The position numbers and the translations under genes were made by a program. Source: Trichoplax sp. H2 (lineage: Eukaryota). Taken from it: DNA of 64,000 nt. The stretch lies in assembly GCA_003344405.1 (NCBI GenBank), contig NOWV01000156.1, forward strand, positions 62,001-126,000, written 5' to 3'. Shown piece by piece: positions 51,142 through 64,000 of this stretch; the first letter of the stretch is position 1; each line of letters opens with the position of its first letter. A model generated the notes under the pieces. The model was not told the origin of the DNA. It made no database searches and worked only from the letters and a program-made list of their open reading frames with translations.

Positions 51142-52305
51142 ATGGCGTCGCTAATTTGGAAGATTGCAAGCAAATTTTCAACGCCTATCAAGACTTTACC
51201 TAGGCTAACATTACCGATGCAATATCGTTGCTTAAATATCAATGTTATTCTCTGCAATGAATTTAGCGATGATATCTTCATCAACAATGTACTAGAAAAG
51301 ACAGGATTACAGCTGAAAAAATCGGTGGCCAAGAAATTACTCGCCAGCGGTAGTCGAGAATGGAGTTTGGACTACACTTGTGATAGCATACAATGTTTAC
51401 AATCGTTCGGTTTCCAGACCGCAGGGCTCAATAAAATATTTACCGTGTGGCCATTTATTGTAGGCATGGAGAAAAAACTATTAATTGAAAGAATTGAATT
51501 TTGGGGTAAGGAATATCTGGATATGGATTGGGTCCATAGTACAGCTGTTAAATTTCCACGCTTGTTAGCTTATGATGTGAAAAGCAATATCCTTCCCAAG
51601 ATCCATTATTTACATCACTTCTTTAAGAATGATGCTGCTGTCAAGCAAATTATTCGTAAATATCCCTACTTTTTAATCTCACGTAAAGGTACTATTGAAG
51701 AACGCATTAATTGTATCGCTGAAATTGGTATGAATCCTGCAACAGTATTGACATTGATTAAACGCCAACCTCGTCTTCTCTATGCGACTAGTAGTGGTTT
51801 CAGCTTTAAAATCGTTTGGCTGGAAAGGTTAGGTTTCGATCGTAGTGAAATTGTTAACCTATTACTACGTTATCCCTCCATCTTTGTCACCAATATCAAT
51901 AAATTAGAGGAAAAAGTACATTGGCTAGTTGAAGTAGGTTATGGTGGTGGTAGCCCACGTCGAATTATTTGGATCAATCCTCCATGCCTTGGTTATACTG
52001 TCGAGTCGATGAAAATCAAATTTGCCCTCTTACGTGATCATCTCAAGATCGATCTGGAACAAATTCATAACTGTCCATCTGCATTAGGCTACTCCACTAA
52101 ACGCTTATACAATAGAATAGCCTATCTTAAACATCTTCGCTTATGGGAAGGACCATATCAGCCTTCATTGGGCTCTTTTATAACTAAAAATGATCAAGAT
52201 TTTTGCAATTTAGTCGCTAAACGTCCTTACCAGCATTACATGAACTTTGTTGATTCGTTACCAGCTGATGAATTGACCGAAAAATTGTCAAATACATCCA
52301 TTTAG
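51142..52305 (+). CDS. Mitochondrial transcription termination factor (mTERF) family protein, single exon, 387 aa
   Basis: ATG in an AACATGG context and a basic amphipathic presequence. Repeated mTERF units: AVKFPRLLAYDVKSNILPKIHYL, IIRKYPYFL, LIKRQPRLL, LLLRYPSIF, IHNCPSALGYSTKRLYNRIAYL. The C-terminal ITKNDQDFC resembles the MTERF3/4 ends. Paralog not assigned. Confidence 0.93.
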   Translation: MASLIWKIASKFSTPIKTLPRLTLPMQYRCLNINVILCNEFSDDIFINNVLEKTGLQLKKSVAKKLLASGSREWSLDYTCDSIQCLQSFGFQTAGLNKIFTVWPFIVGMEKKLLIERIEFWGKEYLDMDWVHSTAVKFPRLLAYDVKSNILPKIHYLHHFFKNDAAVKQIIRKYPYFLISRKGTIEERINCIAEIGMNPATVLTLIKRQPRLLYATSSGFSFKIVWLERLGFDRSEIVNLLLRYPSIFVTNINKLEEKVHWLVEVGYGGGSPRRIIWINPPCLGYTVESMKIKFALLRDHLKIDLEQIHNCPSALGYSTKRLYNRIAYLKHLRLWEGPYQPSLGSFITKNDQDFCNLVAKRPYQHYMNFVDSLPADELTEKLSNTSI

Positions 52306-54191
52306 CTTACTAACTGCAATCATGATATTCTAAATGTCCTGATGATAATCATTGTACTCTACTGCATTCTATATGACATGAGACATGGTCGCTTTTGTGA
52401 TATAACATGTAGCCTAGCTCTCATCAAGTCATTACATGCTACAGAATATATTGATAATGAATGAATTAATAGAATCCTAGTTTTCTTACTGTACATACTC
52501 GCTATGATATATAATTTGAAATGATACAGAATAGAGCATGTACTGGTTGTACTCGATGTCCTCGTACTTTACTACTGTATAGACCTTGTTATCAACATAG
52601 AAATGTAAACATTATTACTACCTTCAAAGGAAGCCAAGTAAAATTCTTATTACTATTATCGTTACTGCAGCTTGAAGGGAGTTATTACAATTACAAGTAT
52701 AACATCCGAAAAAAAGATTCAACCCATGCTAAATGTAGTAAATTTGCTATGATATAGAGAATCATCTCTTTGGAAAATGAATAGGACAGAATGATAGTTT
52801 CCATGTTCATTTTCTTACTTTCTTCTTGTTCAGTACGATCAATTAACCAACTATCCATTTGCTAGTCTACCTTGTCTGGCGCATACGCATCAACATGACC
52901 TGCATTCCTATCATACAAGACCGTAGTAGTTGCATGATGGTTTTCATTATGTTATCAATAAAATCACAATATAAATAATTATTTCACATCATTTTTATTG
53001 TCATTTTTTCTCGCTAGTGCAAATAATATATGCGGCAATAGTTATTATCTATATCAACGATCGCAACATCATTTGAAAAAGTTTTAATTCTAAATAAAGC
53101 AATTCCTTATTGTGGAGTATCTTATAGCCTCCATTAGAATTTATCATATTAGCAAGCAACATGGATTCGTTACATTATTGCAAAAGAAAATAATCCTGTT
53201 TGACTAAGGAAACGTAATAACTATTATTACACCATAAAGCTAAAAAATATGAATTCGATCATTTCTACGGTAACATTATAGTGAAAGCAGATACAGCCTT
53301 TTCAAAGCTATTTATAAATAAACAGCCGTCCTATATCAATACGTACGTCGTCACATGTACTATAAGCAAAAGTTATGATGGTTACTATATCATTTCTGCA
53401 TGTAATCATTAATCAATCCATTACTGTAAATTACATATTCGTATGTAGATATATATATATATATATATGCAAATAGTGAAAGCAAATGCAGCACCAATAT
53501 ATTATACGTGTATTGCTTCTATTTGCACCACATTCCTTGTATAGTCATAAAATGAAAAGACATATAATTTCTTTTACAAGACAAAATGGTCTCCATTAAA
53601 AAGAGAATATCCAAAAAGCAAGCTATGACTCCATGATGATAACATCATTAATCATACTAACAAATCCATGATAGACAAAATACATCCATACTAACATCTT
53701 CAACCAATTGTGAGTGATAGCAAATGACAGCCTAGTATTTTAAATCTGCTCTCTAAATATGTTTCAGCAATATTGATCAGCTTTCTTTCAAGTATTATAA
53801 TATCAAATTCTGTGTTGCAATGAAATAAAGCGCAACTTCAAAGGCATTACACAGGATCAGATTTTCTCTTTTTAAAATAAAATGGGCAAAATCACATAAC
53901 TATTAATCTCAAGTCCTTAAGATAATTGAAGCAAATGAAAGATTTAGCAATGAAAAAATATCTTTTTGTACAAGTAAAAATATTATTTTGTTCTGTAACA
54001 AACCGTCACTTCTTGCAAAGACTTATTTAGATGAATACAGCAAGCCCCACTGAAGTAAGGTAAATACTTATCTAGCTCTGGTAAAACAATTTCATAAACA
54101 TAATTTATAATTTACAAATAAGTCGCATCGAAAATCCTAGCGAACGCTAAGTGGCGATGAGATATTCTTCAATAATGCGTTTCTTCATTTA

Positions 54192-57100
54192 TTAAACAAC
54201 AGCAGACGAGTTTGTACCCGCAGCTTCAGTTAACTGCCCAGCGCGAGATTTTGCAGATAGCAGATCAAGTTCAAATGTTTCTTCAAAATAATCGTGCAGC
54301 TCTTCATTATCTAAAATGGTAGCGTATATTTGATCGAATGTTACATTCCAAGCACTGGGCGGATCAATATGCCCACCACGCTTCGCCGATCCAGAAGCAT
54401 TTTCGTCTCTCCTATCATTACCAGTTTCAGATTCCATCTCAACATCTGTATCCACTTTACTAGATAAATCTAACGTTGAACCAAATTTCTTTTTGTTTCC
54501 AACATCTAAAATAAGTGCACCACATTTCGCAACAGCTGGGCAGAGTTTGTGTTCATTGCTCGTTTCATGAAATAATCCAAACATGGTTTTCCATAGCTGA
54601 ATAAATTGAGCCTACCAAGTACAATGCACGAAAAAGAACGAAATCTTAGTACAGGATTAATTGAACTGAAAAATAATTCGCATAATATACAGTACATTGT
54701 ACGGTTACTAGTTCGTAGGCAATCAAGGTACCTGACTCATTAGAGGCAATTTTCGCTCTTGTTCGTATTGCCTCTTTTTCTTATATTTCAAGAAATAAGA
54801 TAAATTTTGAGATAATTGAGAAGATGAGTCTGCTGATTGTTTGAAATTAGCGCCACTGTCAGTACTTGTTTTATCGTCTTTACAACTTTCGTTTTCACTA
54901 TCGTCTCCATCGTATTCTTCTATTGGAGTTACTTTTTCTGTAGAAGTGTTATTAATTTCAATTCCATCTTCAGATAATACAGGTTGCACATGCATCCTGT
55001 ATAGGAAAGATAATTTCTCTTTGATAGTTCCACGACATATAACACCGAGTCCCCAAGCAAAATCTCTGAATGTAATCATACCACGTTTGTCGTCGTCTAA
55101 AACCTACATTGATATTGCAAAATGTTATCAGGTCACATAGATTGACATCAATTACACTTGCATGTATCTTAGTAATTGAGACAAGACCTTAAAAATTCGA
55201 TTAGCGACTACTTCATCCCTATCACCAGTACCATTTTGAAGATTATTAGTCCATGGTGACAGACAAAAATATAACGCTTTAAACTGTTCCTTATCAATAG
55301 TGTGCTCATTCCTTTCGTATGTATGACCTTTTGATGTTTCTTTCTTGTCTTTACTGATAGCAGAACCCCAGTAAGCGTTCTGTAAATGTCCTTCCTACAA
55401 TTATTCACCCAGTCATTCAATTATAAGCTTGAATGAAAGTATAGCGCCAAAATCAAACATAAAAAATTACCTTAAATAAAGCATACATGTCTTCTAATTC
55501 GTGGTTTTCAAATAAAGTATCAGCAGCAACGCTTCGAACAACATTTTTCTTTGCGTTATCTTCAAGTTTCTAAAGGAATATATTTGTGTCAATGATTACA
55601 TCAATTGTAACCTACATTTCTCAAAATTGATTATTTATTTTATTTTTACCTGTACAACTTTTAAGCGAAGAGAATTACGTAAACGATTTATTTTTAAATC
55701 AGAGATATTACCAAATTTTTCGTATGAATCTCGAATAAGATCTGATACTTCTACCGTCTAACACATTGATGATAGGTTACAGATTTAGTCAAAGTTAAAA
55801 TTGAAATGGAAACAAATTAATTATTTACAATCAAGAGGAAAATTACCTTGCGGTGCTCTAAATATCCTTTGGCCGAGGCCGAATGTTTCTTAGTTACAGT
55901 CATAATACTATCGCGGTTGGTTACACTATCTAAATACTGGCTCAATATTGTCATTGCTTCTCCATCATCAAATACTGACATCAACTCCATTTTATTAGCA
56001 TCCAAAACGGCTAAAGCAATTTGAAAGATAACCTAATGTATATTGAGAATGATACATGTATAATTAGATATAGAAACAATCTATTGTGCTAACCATCATA
56101 AATATAATAGAATTTATGAAATATTTTTTTTACAAACCTTAGCGCCATCGTAAAAAAAGCAATCAATTATTCTTACCGCACTACTAAAAGGCATGACACT
56201 ATACAAATAAAATTAATGTCAATTTCATCGTAAACTCTCTGCTTGTGTAAAATTATCATACTACTTTTTAGCGCTTTATAAACCAACCTGACAAAAATTG
56301 TTAGAAACCAAGATAAACTAATCATATCTAAGATGCCTAGTTTTTTTAAATGTTCATAAATGTCCGGTAAATACACGCGAGTAAGCTCTTCAAATACAGC
56401 TAAAGGAGTGATGAGAAAGTGGTCAAAACTATTTCGTACAGAATTCAAAGACGGTTACATAAATATTTATTGCAGTAGGCAAAACAGGTTATACGTACCC
56501 TGGTCAACTAAAGCTCCAACGACACGTGTATTATAGTAATCAGGGAGTAAGCGTTCACAGATAGCAACCATAAGCCAGAATGATTCTTCTTCTTTGGCAT
56601 ATAACAGCAGAACGGAAGCAACAATGTTCATGGCTTGGCAGTAACCTTGTTTAGGTGAAAAAAAGAAGGTATACACTGATTGATATGATATTTTATTGGG
56701 GCGAATAATTATAAGCTACACACCTATTGTGGGATTTCTCCATGCATAAGCAGTTAATACGCGTCGGAGTGCAGCAATACCGACATCCGATTGAAAGGCT
56801 GGATGTTCCGGAAGGGATCTTTAGAAATAAGTAATAAAAGTGCATCTTTTAGTTGATATACCTTACGCGTAAATTATAGACTTGAAAAAATAATTATGTT
56901 CTATTTGAGAATATTTGATTTATAGGTTTAATTGATTGCTAATCGATCACAATACACTTGATAGCAAATACGAATCTATAGTCGATAACTGCACTACCTA
57001 TGTAAATCTCGTTCTATCTCTTCAGTGGCAATTGTCGCCTTTCCAGCGCATTCATCGACAATTTTCTTATAATAATTGGGATGAATGGCGTGCTGTTGTG

Positions 57101-60100
57101 TTATAGAAAATTACTGACGTTAATATCTAATACTATATATATACACAAATATAAAAACGTTCCTTAATCTTGAGAACCTACTTCATTGATTGCACCGGAA
57201 AACAGTAACCATATCTCTGATCGTAAAGAATCTGGGATGCCCTTCGTAATAAGTTCTCTAGTTTTAGAAGTTCTGTACATGCAAACTCCTCTGTAATGGT
57301 ACGAATGATAGAAAAAGGGATCTTAAATATCTAAAGCAGCTCAACTATTACTATCTGTTCTCCATTTTACTAACCGGCCATACTCTGCGAAGTGAAGCAT
57401 CCAAACATGTTCCTTCATAGACTCCTTGACGGGCGGGGCTGAGTAACCTGTTGTAAATACTTTTGCTAAAGGGTCGGCATAAGTTCCCGCATTTTTGCTC
57501 ATAGTTTTAGGACTATCTTCTGGTTGTGTGAACGTAATTGGTGTTTTGATATCATCGCTACCATCCTCATCGTTGATAATATCAGCCTCTTCTAGCTTAT
57601 CATCGCTGTCAATCCTTGATAACTTAACATTGTCATCATTTTTTCGGAAACGCACACTCATTACGTCTAACGGACCATCTTCCTTGACTTTTTCGCTCGT
57701 TGTTAAGTGCATGTTAGCGATGGTATTTTCTAAATCACCTATCGTTTTACGATCTCCAGGAATTCTATTTTACACCAAAAAATATCTGCTTTAAGTATGT
57801 CTATTTTGTTCGTCAAATTTTAGTAAGTTTAGTGATCGCATAGAAAGTACTGTAAAAGGGTTTACTGACGTGGTTGTGGATGGAATACGGGCCAAAAAGT
57901 CCGATATCCTCCCAGTTATTAAGCTTCTATCTTTTAGCATTCCAAATAAAAAGGACATCTACCATGCAAAATTAATTTAAGCAAGAAATTACATGGCTAT
58001 CAGTTATAATACAGGTACAATAATTGACTTTTACCTTGCTCTTTGTCGTAATATGTAAGGCACTAGGAGCAACCGACTGGCCGTCTACTTTCTCAACCAC
58101 AGTTATTTCTCTCATCGGTATTACAATTTTACAAAAATCAGGATTTTGCTATAATAAATAATAGGTCATAATATTGATTCATGTAAGATATATCAATAGA
58201 AGCATTTATCGTATGACTGACATCCTACGCAATAACTTACTTTGGTAATATAGCAAAGATAGTTTAAAGAACAATGTAGTGTTCCCCAAATATTCGTTTT
58301 TAAATAAGGAAGCCAAGCTGTACAGTCAGCAACACCATCTAACATCTCATCTGATGGAAGAGTAAAGGTATGCCTGAAATAGATGGTATTGCCATAAGTT
58401 TATCACGTGTCATGTTTCTATCGCAATGTATTATACATTCTATCTATCTAAATCATAGTTATTAACCTATAGTGTTCAGATCTAGCACGAACATCCAATT
58501 CTCTCATTAATGTTGATGCCTTCTTTCTGCCATAAGACAAAGCGTTCAAGCTACTGTTTTGCCATTAAAAAAGTCATCCAATGGTATTAGTAAAATTAAG
58601 TCGATCAACAGCTCTAAGCTACTGTATCATGAATTGATCTTATTACAGCTGCATTCAAAATATTAACATTGCTCACTTTAGAGTTTTATCTTCACTATCA
58701 TCAGTAGATAGAAGCCTATAAAAAGAAGATTGTTTATCAATCTAACCTTGATACGGTCTAGCGATATAAATCTAATTGTGAATTAACAATTTTACTATGA
58801 AAGTATCCAATACTATAAACGAATCACAGAATACCTACTTTTTCATAGCTAAATTAGCTAGTTGTTCCATTAAGCGTAACGTTTCATTGGGATGCAGCAA
58901 AAAAGAAAAATAGCACTAACAAAACATAAGGATATCGGTTACATTCTATACAATACTCAACTAATCAAGTATTCACTCTGGTGCTTTACTACATCCATTA
59001 TTATGTAGGTCACCATTCCTAACTAGCTAAATTAATTTAAATGATCGTACCACTTTGTCTCTCGTTACTACTTTTACAGAATCGCGTAGAACCATATTGT
59101 TGTTCTTGGTTATTTTCTAGAATCATAAATTGCAAATTAATAGGAATTAATTGTGATATTCACTTCAATTTGAAAAAATAGCTGCAAGCTTTCCATACCA
59201 CCACATCGGTCCATCTAATAACAACTCTAGCTTCTTTACCCATTAGAAATGAATAAAAACTAAGATGATTAATTGATAAATAAAGCCACCCTTGGCGGGG
59301 AACTTTTCCTTTCCAGTAGCTACATGAGTAATCTGATTTCGATACGTAATCAATCACGATATGGAATAAGACAAGAAATGAAAGAAATATTGTATATACA
59401 TTAGCATGATAACAGTGAGGTAAGAATTAGTTATCATTTTATTTGTAGATATGATATCGACCGCGAAGTACTCAATGCTTTAATCAATACATCGACCAAC
59501 ATCTTGATCAAAAATTATCTACCAATTATAATTACTAGATAGTAAAGTAAAAATTTTCAAATGATTTAACTTACAATTAACGAGCTTTTCTCCTTCAGGC
59601 ATACCAAACAATTTCCTAAATCTAATTACAGCAGCTCTAAATTTTACACTTTCAGAATCTGTAGCAGATAAAGAATTAGCCATTGATTACTAAAATGGAG
59701 ATGTCAGTTTACAATAGCGATTCTGTAATCGCCTAAATACACGTATACCGAAGTAAAGGAATTTAACATAGTATTTCAGCCATTAATAATCGATGTTTTA
59801 CAAATAAATAGTCTATCAATGAGAAGTGATTGTCGGCAAAAATAATATCTAATATCTGAATTAAATGAACTCTTAAAGGTATAAATTTATTATGAATATT
59901 ATCGTATTGTACTGACAACTGAAAAAAATGATTCTTATCCTGTAGCGTAACCATGTTAAATTGTAACCACAGTTATTGATTTTACGTAGATATACTTACC
60001 CTCAGCAGAAGATTCGGTTGGATCAGCTTCATTCGCAATTAGACTTTCTATTTTAGCGCAGGTAAATTCTCTAGCATCATCGCCGTTATCGAAGGTTTCT

Positions 60101-60660
60101 GTACGATAAGAATACAATCAGATCGACCGATCACAAGATTATGATTAAGATATATTGCAAATGATGGAAACTATCCAAAATGAGCGTAGTAAGCGAGTAT
60201 CATGGCGACTCCAATAAATAAGAACAGCAAGGAAAGGAAGAGTAAACTAGCACGATGGCTAGTAAGAAATAGCTTATTATCACTTTCAATAAGGATATCA
60301 AGGATGAAAAGTTCAGTAGCGTTAAAGTAGTTTAATATCAAGATATTCCTTCTCGCTTTTATGATCCGACATATTTTTATTATTACTCGTAGGAAATACT
60401 GTGGTGCTAAGAAGATTTCTAGCATATGCGTCCAATCGTCTCATCCTATCGGTAACAGATTCAATGGTTCGCTACATAGCGGTACATTTTTAAAATGTAT
60501 TAAACATTGAAATTTTTAAGAGAATGGCGTCCAGAATAAAAATGGTTTCATCAGATTGATATTTAATCCAATCAGTAATTACCTAAAGTTGGAAGTAAAT
60601 TTTCTTCCAGCCACAGCCAATGCTCCATAATTTCTTCACGAGTTAATCCAGCAGCAATAA
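54192..60660 (-). CDS. TBC1D9: TBC1D9/TBC1D8-family Rab-GAP (two GRAM domains, TBC domain, EF-hand). Multi-exon; 5' exons not found in the window.
   Basis: Exons read [103 protein letters not shown] (arginine finger), [15 protein letters not shown] (glutamine finger, TBC1D9-like) and EF-hand [13 protein letters not shown]. Stop at 54192. Confidence 0.93.
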
Positions 60661-62460
60661 CTATTAAGTCAAGCAAAGTAGAACACAATTAGTCTGATTA
60701 AGCGAACAAGAGCCATCATCATACCTGTAATAGCCTAAATTACATTACAACGGATAAGAGATTGCAAATTTATAGGCTTACAGGATGACAACAATAGCAT
60801 CCCCAAAATAAGATCAACGTGTTTTCCATTAATTTAATTAATAAAGTATTTGGAAAATAAAAGCTTTCTATCCTAATCGATTGTACTTTGCTGCTATTCT
60901 TTAGGTCAATAATTGATAGAATTACAGTCATTCATTATTGATATTTGAATGGCTATCGAGTCAACAACTATTTTCTTCTACTGTTGCTCTAGTTTGAAAG
61001 GATATTTTACATGCAGTATAGTAGATATTTTTCACTTTTACTGGAATTTTTGTATCCATATACTGTATCGATAGCAAATGAATAACTATGCGGTTCTCGA
61101 TGCAACGATAATCATTTTTTCCCTTCCTAGTGGAAATCGCTGACATGAGCTGAAAATGACCGAGGACAATTTGTTGAAGTTCAGAAAATTCCTTAGTAGA
61201 CGATTACAGTTTAGTATTTTATCGTTAGCGCTAAAGATCGCTAAGCCTTGTCGTAGAATAAGATGGTATCATCGCAGATCTCTTGTCTATTAGTAATAGC
61301 ATTCAATGAACGACTTGGCGACAATTAGAATAGTCTATGTGCATCATTAATCCATTTAGTAGAATGGCGTCATCGCATAGCAATCATTTGTAGCTCTTGA
61401 GGACTTTTCTTCCTCTATCCTAAGATTTCACTCCTATTCTGAATAACACTCGTGTATTATTTGAATCAATCCATCATGGTTGTTGATGATTTTCTTCATC
61501 AATTAGAAATACTACTAATCTATTGGCATTATTTCTCACCTTGCATGCAAGAATGTCATTCTATATTCTATCGTCGATCACTATATCAATCATAGTCAAT
61601 TTGTACATGTAGACAGGTGCACAGTCAATATTATTGACCAAATTATTGGATATTCTGGTAATTAAGATTGAATGAAAGTCAATACCATTGCAAATAGAGA
61701 ATACAATCAATTGGATGCTAAACTGAATGGAGACTGATGATAATTACAGCATATAGATAGAATCAGTCCCATTAATGATGTACTCTTCAATGGATCGATT
61801 TTTTCCAGCAAGTGATGATGTTAGTCAAGAAATGAGTTGATGTTACTGATCGATACTGGAATAGTTGTGGGATCTTTGGAAGCGGTGTCGTCTTTTCAAG
61901 GCATTTCAAGAACTTACTCGTCTTGGAGGATAGGATGCAGTGCTTTACTGAGAGCGAAAATGTCCCTCTTTCCTCCGACAAAATAGGGATACAACGATAA
62001 CAATATCCTATGTATCTACTATTCATGGATATTATTGAAATCGATTCTATTGTGGCCTTTTAAGTAAATAAATACAAGCAAAATAATGAATAGAGAGAGT
62101 AGAGTAAAAGAATTACAAATGAGATCAAAGAAGGGAATAATCAAGTTTCTATCTTTTGAGATATTGGATAGACTGTTGATTGAGAGTAGATTCAAGGTGG
62201 TCATACTTTGATCCAAGGGAAATGGGTTGCCATGCGCTAATGTAGACTACTGTAGGTTGTATTCGATCTATTCGTTTTAGACTTATCCTTGGCCTCGACC
62301 AAAGTGTCTTCAATGGGATATAGAGTAGTAAAAGGAAATGGATTGGACTTGTAGCAGGGTGTTGATTTTCACTTGAAAGTTACTGTCAAGGTTGATTTAG
62401 GAATCTTCCATGTTTGTTATTTGTTCAAGCTGATTTCGCAATTTGCCATAGTGGAAATAT

Positions 62461-63508
62461 TGGAGGATAGGAGAATATTCATTCTTATCAAGATCCTCGA
62501 CCAAACATGATGTGGATCGCAACGACGACAGTATTGGGAAAAGTAGTCCATCATGTCCATGATAATAATACTACTAAATGTAGACATTTGTTTGATATCA
62601 ACATCGCCTAGGGTTACTTGATAGGGAATCTACAGTAAGTCGTTGGAGGATAGGGAAAGATTCATTTTTGTCCACATCTTGGACCAAATAGGATGGAGAC
62701 AGTATTGGGAAAAGTAGTCCATCATGTCCATGACAAAAATACTACTAAATGTAGACATTTGTTTGATATCAACATCGCCTAGGATTACTTGATAGGGAAT
62801 GTACTTTTTTAGATACAGCAAAGCCGATGTATCTACAGTAAGTCGTTGGAGGATAGGGAAAGATCCATTTTTGACATTTGTTTGATATCAACATCGCCTA
62901 GGGTTACTCGATAGGGAATGTACTTTTTTAGATACAGCAAAGCCGATGTATCTACAGTAAGTCGTTGGAGGATAGGGAAAGATCCATTTTTGACATTTGT
63001 TTGATATCAACATCGCCTAGGGTTACTCGATAGGGAATGTACTTTTTTAGATACAGCAAAGCCGATGTATCTACAGTAAGTCGTTGGAGGATAGGGAAAG
63101 ATCCATTTTTGTCCACATCTTGGACCAAATAGGATAGAGACAGTATTGGGAAAAGTGGTCCATCATATCCATGACAAAAATACTACTAAATGTAGACATT
63201 AGTTTGATATCAACATCGCCTAGGGTTACTTGATAGGGAATCTACTTTTTTAGATACAGCAAAGCCGATGTATCTACAGTAAGTTGTTGGAGGATAGGGA
63301 AAGATCCATTTTTGTCAACATCTTGGACCAAATAGGATAGAGACAGTATTGGGAAAAGTAGTCCATCATGTCCATGACAACAATACTAAATGCAGACATT
63401 CGTCTAATATATCCATAACATCAGGTTTCCTAGCCGATGCTTTGAGGATAGGAGAGTATCCATTGCTGTCAAGATTAGAGACCAAACATGATGTGGATAG
63501 CAAGGACT
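62461..63508. repeat. Modular tandem repeat: 203-bp master unit with 171- and 119-bp deletion variants, flanked by older diverged copies
   Basis: The anchor GACATT(T/A)GTTTGATATCAACATCGCCTAGG lies at 62583, 62754, 62873, 62992 and 63195, with a degenerate copy at 63395. Spacings are 171, 119, 119, 203 and 200. Confidence 0.95.
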
Positions 63509-64000
63509 AGCGGCAAAAAAGAGTGCATGCAATTTATGACAACAAGGTTGCATGCCAGCAGGCTAATCGATGAAAAAGGAAAATGGCGAAGAACAACATG
63601 AATGCAAGTCGTCGTTGTCTTGCGTATGGACATATTCCACTGGACAATATGTTCGCCCAGCCTTTTGAACTTGGAAGCAGACAATTTTAATCAAGTGATT
63701 GTCTGCTATTCATGGATTATAGCAGAAATGCAATACTTGCCAATGTCAATAGTAAGGTAGCCGAGTAGAAGACATAGTACTTCCATTGCGATCTGACAAT
63801 GGTCCTTTCTCAGGAGTATTGGTTGCTACCATGCTTGGATAATATGATCTTGTCCATGGCCGATATGGATCTATTGCACTTTGATATTGATTTCCTCCGT
63901 ATTCAATGGAGTAATTAGTGGATATTATTGACAGTTTGCTATCGTGGGAAAATGGACAACATGCATGTTGGATGTTGGCTAGAATAGTTCATCCATGCTA

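Noticed and set aside
58917-58940. U12-type branch-like ATCCTTAT near a TBC1D9 acceptor
   Set aside because: The matching donor is GTACGA (U2-type), not RTATCCTT.
62461-63508. CRISPR-like array
   Set aside because: The sequence between anchors is itself repeated (no unique spacers), units are 119-203 bp, there are no cas genes and the context is eukaryotic.

Overview
Eukaryotic, AT-rich, gene-dense animal DNA with mostly very short (about 60-150 bp) GT-AG introns. The style and gene content suggest a placozoan such as Trichoplax; this is an inference, not a lookup. Eight protein-coding genes were reconstructed by hand: an FMN/Cappuccino-type formin (minus, runs off the left end), a stonin (plus), an APAF1-like CARD + NB-ARC + divergent beta-repeat gene (minus), a small unannotated membrane-protein gene (minus), LRPPRC (plus), an ARHGAP11A-like RhoGAP (minus), an intronless mTERF (plus) and a TBC1D9/TBC1D8-like Rab-GAP (minus, 5' exons not found in the window). 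No rRNA, tRNA or CRISPR array is supported. The most striking non-coding signal is that all three head-to-head promoter intervals carry dense arrays of one 5-bp repeat family (TACAG/CTGTA, AGTNY), while the other intergenic intervals do not. Two of these intervals share an exact 16-mer, and foldback or TIR-like relics lie beside the arrays in two of them. Also present are a modular 203/171/119-bp tandem repeat upstream of the last TBC1D9 exon found, a probable haplotype duplication around a 20-N gap, and an FMN-ARHGAP11A linkage that echoes human 15q13.3. Exon boundaries were read by eye and gene ends are approximate where stated.
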